A stretch of 64,000 bases of DNA, taken from the NCBI GenBank assembly GCA_030295235.1, contig AP026167.1:806001-870000 (forward strand), written 5' to 3'. The position numbers were made by a program, and so were the translations under genes. The notes beneath the pieces are model-generated. The model did no database searches, was not told where the DNA came from, and worked only from the letters and a program-made list of their open reading frames with translations. Every line of letters begins with the position of its first letter. The first letter of the stretch is position 1. Shown piece by piece: positions 22,682 to 36,483 of the stretch. The DNA comes from Fistulifera solaris (lineage: Eukaryota).

Positions 22682-24701
22682 ATGTACACCAATACTATGG
22701 TGACGCGACCGTTTGCGGGGCAGATATCACCGCGACGACGAGAGCCTCCTCGAATACGATGTTGTTTGCCTCTATGGAGAGGTGTTGTCATCGTTCCGTT
22801 CCTTTTAATCATCCATTTTCTTTACGTATTGACGAAAATAGACATTTCGACGTTGCAGGAGTCATCCGGAATGGCAGAGCATTATCATTTGAAACATTTA
22901 CGAGATAGTTTTCAGTCTCCCCAGCAACAACAACAATCATCGGTCACGAAAGCATCTCCTACGATTCCGAATATAGATGATTATTTGACGAAACTAAAAA
23001 CTCTCGAAAAGACTCTCAATGCCAAATCATGTCAAAGACGAAACGACAAGAAAGATGATTTCGCTCTTAACGAAAATTTTTGTTCCGGTTCCTCAGCAAC
23101 CAACTTTGTCTATCATAATTCACTGCCATTTGAACGTATTCTTTGTGGTCAGATCATACCACCCAATTCACATATCACAACTAACCAAATATGCAATTCA
23201 CCAGCCCGACTATTCGAGGAAATACCGCAAATTACCGGAAATATGAAACCCGTGCACTTATTCTTTCGTGTATCCTCCCAAAATCGCGCCAAACCCTTTC
23301 CGTGTGATATTCCTTGTCACAGTGTCGAAGGAGGTGGTGTCGTTCAAACACGCTATGTCACACCCATTGACAACAGCGAGGCCTGGAAAATCACCTTTTC
23401 AATGGAAGGACCCATGTATTATCGTCAGCTCGCCATTCAAGATGGGGAATACAAAAGCATCATTACTATTCGACAACATCTTACGAGTCGGAAGTCCCCT
23501 TGCCGTACTTTTCCTGGGCCGAGTACGACATTCATTCTCCGTCGCCTGTCGACTTTGATACCGCAATCAAGGGCGCATCGTTCATGGCGAAAAATTGTGC
23601 TTCGCGGAACAAACGAGAAGCCTTGGTTCAAGAACTCTCCCAACATTTTCGAGTCGACGCATTGAGTTTGTGTTTGCACAATGCTGAACCTCCACCGGGA
23701 GCCAATTTGAGAGACAAAGTTCAAACGATGCGCTTCTATTTGTTTCATTTGGCATTTGAAAATCAGTGTTATCCGGATTATATCACGGAGAAGCTCTGGG
23801 GACCCATGCAAAGTGGCACGATTCCAGTGTACTTCGGGAGTCCGAATGCCAAAGACCATGCACCTAACAATTCACTCATAATGGTCGATGACTTTCCCGA
23901 TGTTGCTACATTGGGGAAGTATTTAAACGAAGTGGCAAAAAATCGTACGTTGTTTGAGTTCCATCAACAGTGGAGAAAAGAACCACTTCCTCCCCATTTT
24001 CACTCCCGCTATGACTTTACCGAAATTCATAGTACTTGTCGAACCTGTCGGTGGGCGTATTCTAAATTTTATGGTTTAGGTTGGAATCATAAGAATCAGA
24101 GTTTGCGCGAATTGGAAATACCACGCTTTCCATGTGTCAATGGTGATGGGCAACTTGTCCAGCCATTTACAGAGCAGTGGCTCACTCCCGCGTATGCGCC
24201 GCCATCTTGACCTACAATGGGCCATCACAACGGACATGTTATGAACACGAAAGCGAGGCTCTCGCCAACAATAAACTGGTAATTGACGGTGCCTTGCGCC
24301 GCACCGTTTGGCAACAAGATGGAGTCATCGACATGCTGATCGACTTGTTAAATCCAGGTACAGCCTTCCATCCGCACGTTCTTCAAATAACGGCACCCTT
24401 CATGACAGGGGATGAAACGAATGCAATGAAAGAGATAGAACAGGGGCACACTCGAATACAAAACGACAAGGCGCGATTTACTGTCTTAACTTGGCCCAAA
24501 AGAAACGTCGAGCTAAAACAGAATGGCGATGGTGGAGTAGTAGAGATTATCATCGATAAAACTTTCCACCTTCCTCTGAAGCTGCGTATAATCGTTGAAG
24601 ATGTAGAAACGCTGCGGAAAGGAGCCGACCAAGACGAAAACTTTTTCGGAGGGCTAATGAAAAGAGACTTTTTCAATCCAGTGGAAGTCTTATTTTCTTA
24701 A
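22682..24701 (+). CDS. Alpha-1,3-fucosyltransferase (GT10), split over three ORFs by frameshifts
   Basis: Type II TM anchor; FSMEGP; FHLAFENQCYPDYITEKLW...GTIPVYFG GT10 signature. Confidence 0.88.
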
Positions 24702-24795
24702 CAAAAAGTGTACATCAATACTAGACTGCATAGGCCTTTACTTTATTCGCACTTCTTTTAGCCCGGACAAGTCCTTAACAGCTAGAGTGCTTCAA

Positions 24796-27521
24796 CTATC
24801 TCGTCGCAAGAGCGGCCTCAACGCCCTGAAGCTGACTCGAAGCCCAATTCATTCCTCTACTCAGGCTTCTTTCCGTGAGTCTCGCAGCTAATAAGAGACC
24901 AAATTCGCGGAGTTGGGGTGCGTATTCGCGAACTACAGGGATAAGCTTTCGAAGTCGTGCCGATGTAGCCGCTCCTTCGAAATCGCCCAACAGAAATTCA
25001 ATAAGTTTGCCGATTTGTTGTACCATCTAAGTAAAGAAAGAGGATCGAGGTAGTTTTTGAGGCGACTGTTTCAATCGCGGAGAACATTTGGCCGAACGCA
25101 GTAACTTACTCGTTTGTCGTTTTCACTTAGCTCGGGGTTGATAGCGCGGATAAATGAAGGAACAGGGATTGGAAGCCGGTTAAAACCTAGTGTGCGCCCC
25201 AGTTCTTGGAGTGCATTTCGACCTGATGCATCCACAACAGTCACAATCTCTTCTAGCATGAACTCTCTCAATACATCACCCTCATTACCAAAGAAAAAGG
25301 ACAATGCCCCACGAACGGTTTCTTGGTCATTCATAGTGCTTGAAACAGTCTCGCTGGAGGCCGTCGCCAAAGATCCATTTTGCGACCCCGTTACTGGGCT
25401 CGCTGCTGTGCCGCTCACACGGAAACGCCCACCATCTACATCAGTGTCTCGTTCGGAAATATCAACCTGCTGCGAACCAACGAAATCTCCAGCGGATCCT
25501 ACCACTTTCATCCCCCTAACTCCGTTCACTTTAAAGGCACTACCGTCCCCATCATCACGCACAGCTGTGAATTTTTCCAATGCTTGCAACAAATCAATAA
25601 GGTTTTCAGCATCGAAATTTCCATCCCGCCCGTATATCATATAGCGCAGCGTGGCTCGAAGGCGCGGGGAAGGGTCCGTCATCAGTCGCCGTGCAATGTA
25701 AGGATACGCTTCATCTATGATCGCAAAGTTGGGGTTGCCAACAAGTGCACTTAAGAAATGATTTGTTAGTAACAGGGTTTACGTTGTTCATAGACAATTG
25801 GCTCGGTCAACCTGTACTAATTCACTTACATTCCTTCCAAGACAGATATAGCCCGAATCACCAGCGCAAAGTAAGGCGGAATGCGGAAAGGGTATTCGAA
25901 AGTGATCTCTGCCAGATCAGCGGCTAAGTCTTGAAAGTTGATGCTCTTGGCGCCTCCACCAGCCAAAGCAACATCAAAGACCTTAGTCAGTGCGGGAACG
26001 ATAGGTCTGGTATCTGTTCCTTTGGGAATAAAGTCCAGATTAATGAAATCTTGGCCAATCTCTGAATAATCTCGGTTAATCAAGTGCACAATCGCTTCTA
26101 TCATTCCGTATTTCTGATCTTCTGTGACCTCCGTCATTAGACCGAAATCCAGTATTGCGAGACGACCGTCATTAGTGCGCATCATGTTCCCCTATTGTTC
26201 GGGAACCCTCCCAGTTAGTGCAAGCTATCATCGATGGGAACGTAAATTGGAAAGCATCAAACAATGGATCAACTTACCGGATGAGGGCTTTTCAAAAGAA
26301 TTATGATGGAGCACGTGAGAGACGGATCGCTAAACGACACCATAACACGTCAAACAATACTCACTCTGCGTGAAAGAAACCAGAATCCAACAACTGTGTC
26401 AAATAGGTAATGACTCCCAAATTCACCAAAGCACCGACGTCATCCGCTTTACTCTGCGATAACTTTTCTCCTTCGATCCATTCTGCCACGTGCACACGAC
26501 GGGATGTGTATTTAGGATAGTTCTTCGGAATGACAACCATGGGCAGAACCGCCATTTCTCTCGCAATTCGTTCTCCATTCTGACACTCCAAATTGTAATC
26601 GAGTTCTTGATAAAAGCGGTACGCAAATTCATCCAACAAGGCGACCGCATCCAACCGATCCGATAAATTCAAACGACGAGCGATCATTCCGAGTTCACGT
26701 GCGAGATACAAATCCAAAGATACCGTTTCCAAGACGGCCGGTCGTTGCACTTTGACAGCTACGGTTTCTCCTGTCTCACGCAACGTAGCCTTGTACACTT
26801 GTCCCAAGGACGCAGCAGCCACGGGTTCGGGAGTAATTTTGGAAAAGATTTCTTCGACCGGTCGACCCAACTCACGCTCAATGGTGGCGAAGGCAATTTT
26901 GGAATCAAACGACGGCACTTTGTCACAAAGTTTTTGCAATTCCACCATACTGCGTGGACTCAAAATATCGGGACGGATACTGAGTGCCTGACCGATTTTG
27001 ATGAAGAAAGGACCGAGCGATGTAATTAATTCTCGTAATTCGGCGGCTCTTTGTACTTCCAAATTAGCATTCGTTTTGCCGCGTTGCAACAGCTGATCAC
27101 CCAGTACATTAACCAGAAAGCCCGCACTCACTGTAATCAATTGCAGTACGCGTGTCACTACCGCCGTAGGTCGGGACGAGAAGAATACTTTGAGTGCTTG
27201 TGGATCGTAATCGAAGGGCAGCGAATCATCGTCACGAGGAGCAATGTCGACGAGTCGCATCTCGAGACCTGCAACGGCCGTGTCGTCATCATTCAAATTT
27301 TGTCCCCTTAGGGCTTGCATCATAAGATTGGCGTCTTCGTTTTTAGCTAATTCTCTACGCATCTCTTGCATGAGTGAACTCGTATCTCGTACTGTCGAAT
27401 ATAAACGACTTTGACGCATGCTCGTTACAGGTGCCGATGATACACGAGGTTGCATGCCTTGAAAGCCTTCGGCATCGGAAAGAATGTACCCTACGAATAG
27501 GGCTGTTATTGTTATCCTCAT
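24796..27521 (-). CDS. ABC1/UbiB atypical kinase, plastid-targeted, multi-exon
   Basis: LGPFFIKIGQALSIRPD, PVAAASLGQVYKA, VAVKVQRP, GFFHA, ILDFGL and YPFRIPPYFALVIRA motifs; signal peptide ending AEGF. Confidence 0.92.
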
Positions 27522-28289
27522 TATTTTCCAGCAAGATACTAGCAGCGATAGAATTAACAACGTGAGATGAACCGAGCGATGATATACTAGCAATGTCGAT
27601 CGGCCTTGCTGTATGTTTGAGTCGCATTTCAATGCCAGGTACTGTTACAAAGTAAGGAAGAACAAAAACAAAAAGACGACAAAACAAAAAAAAAGAGACC
27701 ACGTGGATCAATACGTTGGCGTAGTACGCGTACGCTCGGTCACACTGACTCACTCATTTCGGCTCACGACTCGACCTCCTCATGACTCTTCCCTTGTATG
27801 ACTGAAAGAAATTACTCCGTACTCCGTATACACTTTGATATTTAGTACTCCGAGTAATAATTATTCATGATTCATGACTGAACGTCAGTCGTAAAAAAAG
27901 CTGGCCTACACTTGGGTCCATAGTAAAGACTGATGAAAGCGACTAATTTTCAGTAAACAATCAAGGCGTGTATTGCAAGTGCTGTTATAAAGAATGAATG
28001 CATTGCGCACAAGACACTTCTAGCTTGCAAAGTTAGTAACACGCATGGAGGTTAAAGAGCAGTCTGGCTACCGCAAAGAATCTAATTCGTGACTGGTTTC
28101 AGTCGTGGAAAAGGTCGCATTTTCGTTATCATTATTATTCGCAATGAACCTGCATTTCATTTTTTTATTATTTCCGCCTGTATTCTCTACGAGGTTTCCT
28201 TTTTATTTAGAAGTTTTATATTCATTATTTCATCATTCATGCTGCTTTGAATAGCCGCCGTATTGCATTGTTTAGGAGCTCGGCGGATC

Positions 28290-29119
28290 ATGTCACAAAG
28301 AAAAGCAGCACCCATGAAAACCGATGACACATTGTGCTCGTTCTGTCAAAGAGCACCAGCAGTAATTAGCGTGCAGCGACCTCTCCCGCACCGAATCAAC
28401 AAGAAATACTCGCAATCACTCTGTTTGTTGCACTACTATTCGACGAGTGCCGTGCGTGAAACGAAAGCAGTCTCTATCATCGATGCGTCACTATTGCAAG
28501 AGCAATTGCCGCAAACGCAAGAGCTCTTTGCCGAAGCATTCGTGCAATTGCAACAAACGATACAAGAAGAAGTCGCCAAATCATTCGATGATAATTCGGA
28601 AAATGATCCTTTGGCGGTTGTTCAGAACTGGCATCGTCGTCGTCCGAAAGTCCTACCTCCTAAAGCCAAAACATCCAAAAATCATATCAACATGGCGACG
28701 GAAGGAGGTTTCTTACGACACACACCACTGCCGGAGCGGCTACTGCTGAAACGACAGCAACAGGTTATGAAACAACAAGAACTTGTGAAGCGCATGCAAC
28801 GAGCTTCTACCGATTTGACGCAAAAACGGAAACCCAGTCGTACCATTATATGGAATCAGCTGTCGGTATCTTCACAAGACATGCGAACAAGAAACAAAAG
28901 AAGAATGCACCCACGGAGACAGCCGCACTTCTAACAGTAGAAGACAATCCGACATGTTCTTCTTGTCGGAGCCAGAATGTGCATCAAATTGGCAACTTTA
29001 CCAGTCGGAATGGGGACATGGCCAAGGGAGAAACATGGGGGAGTAAAGATCGCGGGGATGAGGTGCTAGGGCGTTATCAATGTCAAACGTGTGGGAAAGT
29101 ATGGAATGAATTGGAATGA
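28290..29119 (+). CDS. Protein with C-terminal TFIIS-type zinc ribbon; frameshift near 28900
   Basis: N-terminal CSFC..CLLH; C-terminal CSSC...KGETWG...YQCQTCGKVWNE in the overlapping ORF 28850-29119. Confidence 0.7.
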
Positions 29120-29152
29120 GCAAAATTTCTTCCTTTAAAATTTTTGAGTGTG

Positions 29153-31192
29153 TTATGCGTCAATTTCTCGGCAACATACGAGCTCGAAAATGAGATCATC
29201 GATTTGCTGTAGATTGAATGGTTTGGAAAGAAAGTGAGAGCATGAGAGGTCCTCCATCTCATCTTTGTAAATATCCAAAGATTTGTGTGCGGTCAAAAAT
29301 GCAAATTGCGGGGCGCTCCGACTACGACTATGCGCTTGCATGGACATAATCTGTTTCATGGCAGCAATGCCATTCACTTCCGGCATTTCGACGTCCATTA
29401 AAAATCATGTCGTACGATTGGGAAGTGGCTCTTTGGACTGCCTCTCTACCATTGCGAGCAACATCGACGTGATTGATGTCCAAGTGCTGTAACATACTGC
29501 ATAGGACTTTTTGGTTGATCGTACTGTCGTCGGCAATTAACATACGGAGATTGGGGTATAATTCTCTTTTGGGACGTGGGCCAGATATTCTTCGCTTGAT
29601 GGATGCCTTTGTGGGCTTTATAACCGAATCGGGTGTATTATTAGCGGACTGATCGAGAGGCAGTGTCACCGTGAATTCGGTCCATTCTCCATAGATACTG
29701 TCGGCCGTCAATGTTCCGCCCAGACACGTTGTCAGCATCTTTGTCAGCGTCAGTCCCAAGCCAGTACCGCCTTCGACATTGTGTTCCGCGCACTTGACTT
29801 GGGAAAACGGTTCAAAGATTGAATACAAGTTTTCTTGTCGAATGCCTGCACCGTAGTCTTTGACAACAAAGTGTAACAAGTCATCCGTCCCCGAAACGCG
29901 AATATCGATAGTACCTTTATCCTTGCTAAATTTGACGGCATTTCCCAGCAAGTTAAACAATATTTGCTGCAAGCGATGGCCATCCGTGTACACTGTTAAA
30001 TCGGGATCGTTGGCCTGACCAATATAAGCTACCTCAATGCGAAGCTGTCTCGCTCGGCCTTGAATTCTCATATTGTGAACAACGAGTTGCAGAATGTCGC
30101 GTAATCGAATCGGATGAATCACAAACATGTCCTTATTCATGCGTTTACCACCTTCATTTATCAGCGTCTGAAGTTTTGCACAGTCTAGGACGTTGTTGAC
30201 GAGACTCAACAAGTATTCGCCGCTCTGTCTCATCAGCTGAAGCGACCCTTTTGTTGTTCATTAAGATTGCCATCGTTTTGGATGAGCTCGGCCATTGAAA
30301 TGATACCGTTTAGAGGAGTCCGCAATTCATGGCTGATCATCGCCATTTCCTTCATTGTCCCTCCGAACTTTACTTTTGAGGCCTCCGCCTTGGGCCTTTG
30401 AATCAATTCGCGAACAACTTGTTCATTCATGAGGGTTCGAATGGTCATGGTCAGTGCTCGTATTGATTTTTGAAACATGTCGATTTGTTCGTCAGAGAAC
30501 CCCATCGGATTTTTCGTCGACCAAGCCGCTCCACCCAGGACTTCACTCTTGTAACTGATGGGCAAAGCGTAATAATCGGTGTAGCCTCCCTCTGAAAACC
30601 ATTGACAGTCGGATGGAACGTGCGAATCGGCCGCTTGTATTCGAACAGAATCAGCTCGTTTTTCTTGCAATACATTGAAAGGTGCATCACTTCCGTATTG
30701 AGAATGCCGTCGCGACATATTTCGAAGAACCTTTCGCTCTATCCGAGAATCCGAAGCTTCCCACTTGAAGCTGTAAGCAGAGTCCTCTACAGGCACGAGG
30801 TATCCTACATAAAAGCGATCGATAGGCATTTCGAATTTGCTACGAATGATTTCCATGTATGATCCGATGAAGGCTTCTGGCGTTTCAAAATCACCCCCTT
30901 GGTCTATTATCCAGTCTTTCATCTCTTGCAACAGTGTATCAAAGATGAGTTCCTTTGCGCTTGTTTGGAACTCCGCTAACTCCTCGACAACGAATTCCGA
31001 GCAGCTGATGGAATTTTCGGTTCGGAAAGTCGAACATAGACTGGGAATGGAGTAATTCCGGGACATGAGCCGACAGTGTGTTGCAATAGGCGTCTTCTGA
31101 CGAATAGAATTCAGCTGATCTTCGATACATTCAAAGCTCTCATTCATGCAACGAGTCATTGCTTTCGTGCTGTGCACTTGTTCGCTTCTCAT
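29153..31192 (-). CDS. Hybrid histidine kinase (GAF-like sensor, HisKA, HATPase, receiver); two frameshifts
   Basis: H-box SHELRTPLNGII, N-box NLLGNAVKF, G-boxes DYGAGI and GGTGLGL; receiver LIADD..MDVEMPEVNG..LTA..FLSKPF. Confidence 0.92.
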
Positions 31193-32361
31193 AGCTGCGT
31201 TTCCTTCAGTAAGTCAAAATCAAAGTAGCTGCTTGCGCCTTTGGTTCATGGCAATAGAATGTATTGCTGTTGGCGGACCTGATTCTGTTGCGTATTGATT
31301 ACTTATTAAGTTAATGCGAATGATTAGAGTGATCAAGGACGGAGGATCGAGACCGTGAAAGGTGTGGTGACGATGAGGGCGTTTGTTATTGTTCCTTCTA
31401 TTTTTGTGAGAGTACCTGGTACAGGGTACAGTTAAATCATCTAAGGCTTTAGTTGCGTTTGGTGTGCTTTGCCACTTGCCATACAAAGTATTGTGTGCTC
31501 GGAGAGCGGAAAGCGGAGTAATTTTTGCTCTTCAAAGTACACTCATTATCGACACGTCTCTCGAGTCACAGATAAAATCTTTATTTGCGCCAAACGACCT
31601 ACGAACTACGAACTAAGTGTTTTTTTTCACAGAGTATTTTTTTTTTTTTTATTCCTAATTTTTTAATCGTCAGAATCTAATCTTGACATTCGACTGAATT
31701 TTCCACTTTTCATTCACATATATTTCAGTCTGACACTTCAATGAGTAAGCTTTGGTCTAACTCCCTAGCCTTAGTGCGCTAGTAGAGGGCCAGTCCCGAG
31801 CCCGTTTCCCAATGAGGGGGATTCCGTTTTGGCATTCCTTCTCTTGGATTTCGCAGAAGCATACTAACTGACCTGACCAGGGAAAGACTCATGCGCGCCC
31901 GGATGATTTCACGTTCAATTATGTTTATTCCTAATTTCCTAAAGTCAGAATGCAAATATGACATGAGTCAGAATGAACCCCAAATCTCTCTACTCTCTGT
32001 CCCTTTGTATTGGAAAATTACCTGTACAACGTTTTACCAGGTACGCCTCGCGCTTCGCGCCCATCAACCATCAACAGAAGGCGAACGACAACCACAATGG
32101 TTGTCCTCGCCATTTAAAGAAGCATTTTTGTCGAGAGTCGAGAGACAGGAAACAGGAAACGAATGAGTCATCGTGGATTTCAATTCTACAGTCTACAGTC
32201 TGCACTCTCTAGTAAGACGCCGCAAGAGGATTTCGGAGAAAGTCTTATTATGCATGACTACGTGTAAGTACTAGCACTCGGTATTTTGCATTCTCCAAGG
32301 TTATCCGCTTGTTCTAATCCTAGTTGTTGGCTGTACAACAAACCTATTGACCCTAGCCCGT

Positions 32362-32640
32362 ATATAGTTCGACAAATATCGATATTTCGATTTTTACGAA
32401 TATCAATATCGTATTATACGATATAATAACCGATATTAATATCGGCGACCGTCTGTCTTCGCCCGCAAAATACAGCCATTTTAGCGGAAAATGCCACAAG
32501 TCCGTCTGTCAGGCGTACGAATATCGACAAATATCGATATTGGGAAAAATGGCTGTGATATAATACGTAGTACGTTATTATAACGTGAATATCGGTATTC
32601 GTTATTTGTTACGTAGTATTTTAGAGCGTGTCGAACAATA
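32362..32640. repeat. AT-rich ATATCG/CGATAT motif cluster with inverted repeats, possible MITE/DNA-transposon remnant
   Basis: TCGACAAATATCGATATT occurs twice (~32369, ~32525); near-perfect IR TATAGTTCGACA/TGTCGAACAATA; IR ACAGCCATTTT/AAAATGGCTGT. Confidence 0.45.
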
Positions 32641-32779
32641 AGTTTCAATGATGAAAAATGAAAAATCAAATAAGATGTAAGCCCGTATGCTTATTATTTT
32701 ACTTGAGTACTAGAGACCAAATTCTATACATTAGGTCTAGCGGCATGTAAAGCGCGAGATGCTGTAAAGGATGGTGCGT

Positions 32780-33430
32780 CTAAAGAGCAAAAGCTTTCGA
32801 AAAGGCAGCCCATGTCAGACCTTCTTCTCCATCGGCAAGCTCTTTTAAACGTTGACCCATTCGGTGACGAGTAAGTTTTTCTTTTCCGTTCGATAATATT
32901 TCAAAGAAGCTTTGCAGAGCTTGATCATCGTCAAAGGCGGCACTCGAAGCACCGACGTAGGGTCCACCCAAAGGAGGAACATATTCTAACTGTTGAACTT
33001 TTTCGACGAACTCTTCCATTGACACGGCTGGTCCTTCCGCAAATATCTCCGTGCTCCACTTTGTGCTGTGCTCTTTTCCATTTGCTTGTCGAGTTTCGTA
33101 AGAAGGTATCCATTTTGGTCGGGCCGCAGATTGGTCGGCCATGCGATATCCACCTCCCGGAAGGCGAAATTCGCAATCGGTACATGCCGAGTAGCAGCAC
33201 ATTCCAGCAGAACTGTCTAACATGATGTATTTCTCCGCCAGTCTTCCAAATATTTTCACTGCTTCTTTGGGTGATACTGCAGCCGCAGCCTGATTCGTGT
33301 CAGCCAATAACAGCGCACTTGCCACCTTCTGTGAACCGTTCCATTGTGTTGGAAGCGGCATGAATGCATATCCCTTGCCAATTAGAGCGGCAGCGGCGGT
33401 TATCAACAGCAACAGTATTCTCATCATCAT
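32780..33430 (-). CDS. Plastid-targeted conserved protein with CCxxxCxxC motif (oxidoreductase-like/metal binding)
   Basis: Signal peptide ending GYAF; GMCCYSACTDCEF. Confidence 0.75.
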   Translation of the reverse strand: MMMRILLLLITAAAALIGKGYAFMPLPTQWNGSQKVASALLLADTNQAAAAVSPKEAVKIFGRLAEKYIMLDSSAGMCCYSACTDCEFRLPGGGYRMADQSAARPKWIPSYETRQANGKEHSTKWSTEIFAEGPAVSMEEFVEKVQQLEYVPPLGGPYVGASSAAFDDDQALQSFFEILSNGKEKLTRHRMGQRLKELADGEEGLTWAAFSKAFAL

Positions 33431-33943
33431 GGTGCGTCAATTTCAGCTCAATAAATAATTATGAATCGAATCATCATCCGATGGCCGACATGTTACCTGG
33501 TAATTGCCGGAACATTTACTCGGTTTATTATTATTTATTTCATCATTCATCGAAAATCGACAAGCCAAAAACACGTCATCCGTCGATCCTCAATCCTCAT
33601 CCCTATCGAATCGATCTTCATACTATCTCTGGGAGTGTGGAAATGTGGATGGCGGGAAGGTTTCGCGGGCCACCAAAAACGTTAAATATGCGTTAATTCT
33701 ACCTTCAAATTTTATTTACTTACGTCTTTTGTGAACAATCCAAAGTCTGGAACCTCCCCGGCGATTGTTGGCAAAGCGTTGCGTATCCTCCAACCGAGCG
33801 ACCCCAAAGAAATGTTGCTGCTTTAAGTTACGAGGGAAAGCTCCTCATCAACATTCTGCAGAATCAATTGTGCAATTACCAATTCTGCTTGGTAGAGCTT
33901 TTGTTTTTGATTTCATTTGAACGTCAAGTAGAGCCACAAGAAT

Positions 33944-35729
33944 ATGCCGAGAGTTGGGATGATCGGTAACCGGAGTGTTCCGGCGCGGGGAGATCGTCCT
34001 CATCTCCAATTGTCTGCACAGAGTGCCGAAATACGAAATCTAGCCCGGCAACTTGGTATGATTCAGGATTCACAAATTGCGGAGCAGGCATTGAAGGATG
34101 CTATTGTGCAGACTCCTCTTTACAAACATCTATGCAAGGATGACGCGACGCTGCTGCACAAGAAAATCGAAACAACGTTGTATCGATGGCGGAAACGAGG
34201 TATATTGACTCAAAGAACCTTTCCTATTCGAATGGCGCAAGCCGTAGAGAGCGCGTTATCAGCAGTAATGACGAACAAACCAAAAGACTCGAAAGTGGGA
34301 ACCGCAGGGGGGCGAAAAGCATCCGGACAACGCGGCAATACTTCAAATCCTTTGGGTGAAAATACATCGAGTACCAGCCCACCGCAAAGTGACTTCGCAA
34401 CTCCAGGCGTGTCGACAGGAACCAGTGAAATTGCTTTCGTGAGTGACTCGGAAGGCGTGGCCCGGCACTCGTCGCGCGAAGATAGAGAGGTGATGGACGT
34501 TGACCTGCAGCTCGCTGTCACGGATTTTTGGCCCAACCTTTTGGAAGCGATCGGCTTACAGGTCGCCTCACGCAGAACCAGCACGACAAGGAGCAAAAAA
34601 GTTTACGAACTGTACAAGTTAGCAGGACCATGCATACCCGTCACCGATCAGCAGGGGTTGCGTCAAGAAATCTCCAAGGAATTCCTCAAAGTTTTTCATA
34701 CCAGCCACAAAGGCACTCGACTCATTGGACAGAGTGAGTGCCGCGTCTTTAGCGTTCAACAAGAAGACTCGGCTGCTTTATGGATGCAAATCAATATTGG
34801 ACGACCCATCGATGTACGCGATCAAATCTTGAACAAGAAAGGAATTGAAGGCAATGAATTTATAATCTTGATTGTTCCAGAATCAAATCTGGTGGCATTG
34901 ACCGCAAGTAGAGCCGCTTCGCGTTCGATATACACACCTTATATCATGTTTGTGTTGGAAACGGTGTTAACTTGCAGCGTTGCGGGAGGATACGCCTCTG
35001 GAGGTAAGTTTTGACGACGGCTTACCATTATGTCTCGTATTTTCAAGGCAAACTTAGTATCTCACTGCAACATGTTTTACGTTCGCAGGTGTAATCACAC
35101 GTCGGATGCATAATCTATCCGGGACAGAACCGTTGGATTTGCTACGAACGGCGAATGCGATTGAAGCCTCGGATGCCGTAGGTCGATATGCCAATTATGC
35201 GTCCCAGGGCAAAACAACAGACCCCATTATTGAATTACAACACGCCGCCAATGAAAACTTATTATTTCGTACATCGGAGGCCTTGAGTGAGAAATCGGAT
35301 CGATATACTTCCAGACTCGCAAGGAAGGTTTCGCAACAATCCCAACAACAAACGGAGATTGTGTCTGTGAATGAGTACAGTGTCTGTTTGGACCAGAACG
35401 CTAGCGAAAAGCAGTCTCGCAAGCGTATGCGTATCGAAGAACTCGGTCAAGACGGTGACTGCCCCATACGACAGAGTGTCAAATGGGATTGGAAAGGCTC
35501 GACGGATGCAGGCACAGCAGTGTGGGGTACTGGGTACGAAACCAAACATGAAACCTTCAAATGCCGTCTTTCTTTGAAAGGATCCGATGTATTTGCTGGT
35601 ATGCAGGCTTTACTAGATGCTGGTATCCTGGAAGGTCCACTCCCGCACTATATGAGAGACGCACCGATGTTGGGAGGAAGAATCGTTGTGGATCACTCCG
35701 TCATCAAGAAAGTTTGCAAAGTAGACTGA
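33944..35729 (+). CDS. CENP-N/Chl4/Mis15-like kinetochore protein; intron 35004-35088
   Basis: An in-frame GT-AG intron joins the two ORFs. The C-terminal LSLKGSDVFAGMQALLDAGILEGPLPHYM resembles the Chl4/CENP-N C-terminal G.DVFAG...L...G....P..M motif. Confidence 0.55.
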
Positions 35730-35982
35730 TTTAACAGTAAAATTTGTTAAGAAAGGAAAATAATGTTTACAAAATCATTATGGCGGTTTCAACAGACATT
35801 CAGTAAAGATACGACTTGTCGAAAGTGATAAACTAACCCCCTAGATTCATTCGAGTGATATAATATGGCGAGTACTCTCACTCACAAGCGACAAACAACT
35901 TGTTGTTTCCTTGCTTGCTTGCTTGTTTACTGTTGCAGGACTCGATTGCCGAGCAAAAGGTAGGTTGTAACTAAACATATCG

Positions 35983-36483
35983 TTACTGCTTAGGCCACCA
36001 TTGCCGAGTTGTATTGTCGAGTAGCATATCTACCGCACCATCAATAGGATGTACGATGAGAGGAATAGAACTTATCCCTACCACTGTCGGCGACCACTTG
36101 CTAACAAAAAGCGGAAGCGCTACAGGCAATTTGCGTGTAACCAGTCGACTGGCTTTGACAATGAGATTGATTGTTGCTCCTGGAATCATTACGCTAGCAA
36201 GTGTTTGCCATAGCAATGTATCTGCAGTAGCACGAACTGTGTCGTTCCAGATGGAACGCTCGTCTTTGTTGCCTAGTCGGGGATGATTCCAAGTTCTCCA
36301 TCCTGTCATGAAAGAGTCGGCAAAGCAATAACCAAAGGCGACAACATAGGAAGGAGTCACCAAGCGCGGAAATTGATAGCGAAAGGACTCTCCGATTTCA
36401 TTTGTGTAACCAGCATAGCGAAGCAGGGAGTGTCGAAAGACGTTGTACTCCGTATTATTGCTTTCTTTGGTTTCATTAATCAT
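35983..36483 (-). CDS. MTFP1: Mitochondrial fission process protein 1 (MTP18)
   Basis: RYAGYTNEIGESFR, DTLLWQTLASVMIPGATIN, IPLIVHPID motifs. Confidence 0.92.
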   Translation of the reverse strand: MINETKESNNTEYNVFRHSLLRYAGYTNEIGESFRYQFPRLVTPSYVVAFGYCFADSFMTGWRTWNHPRLGNKDERSIWNDTVRATADTLLWQTLASVMIPGATINLIVKASRLVTRKLPVALPLFVSKWSPTVVGISSIPLIVHPIDGAVDMLLDNTTRQWWPKQ

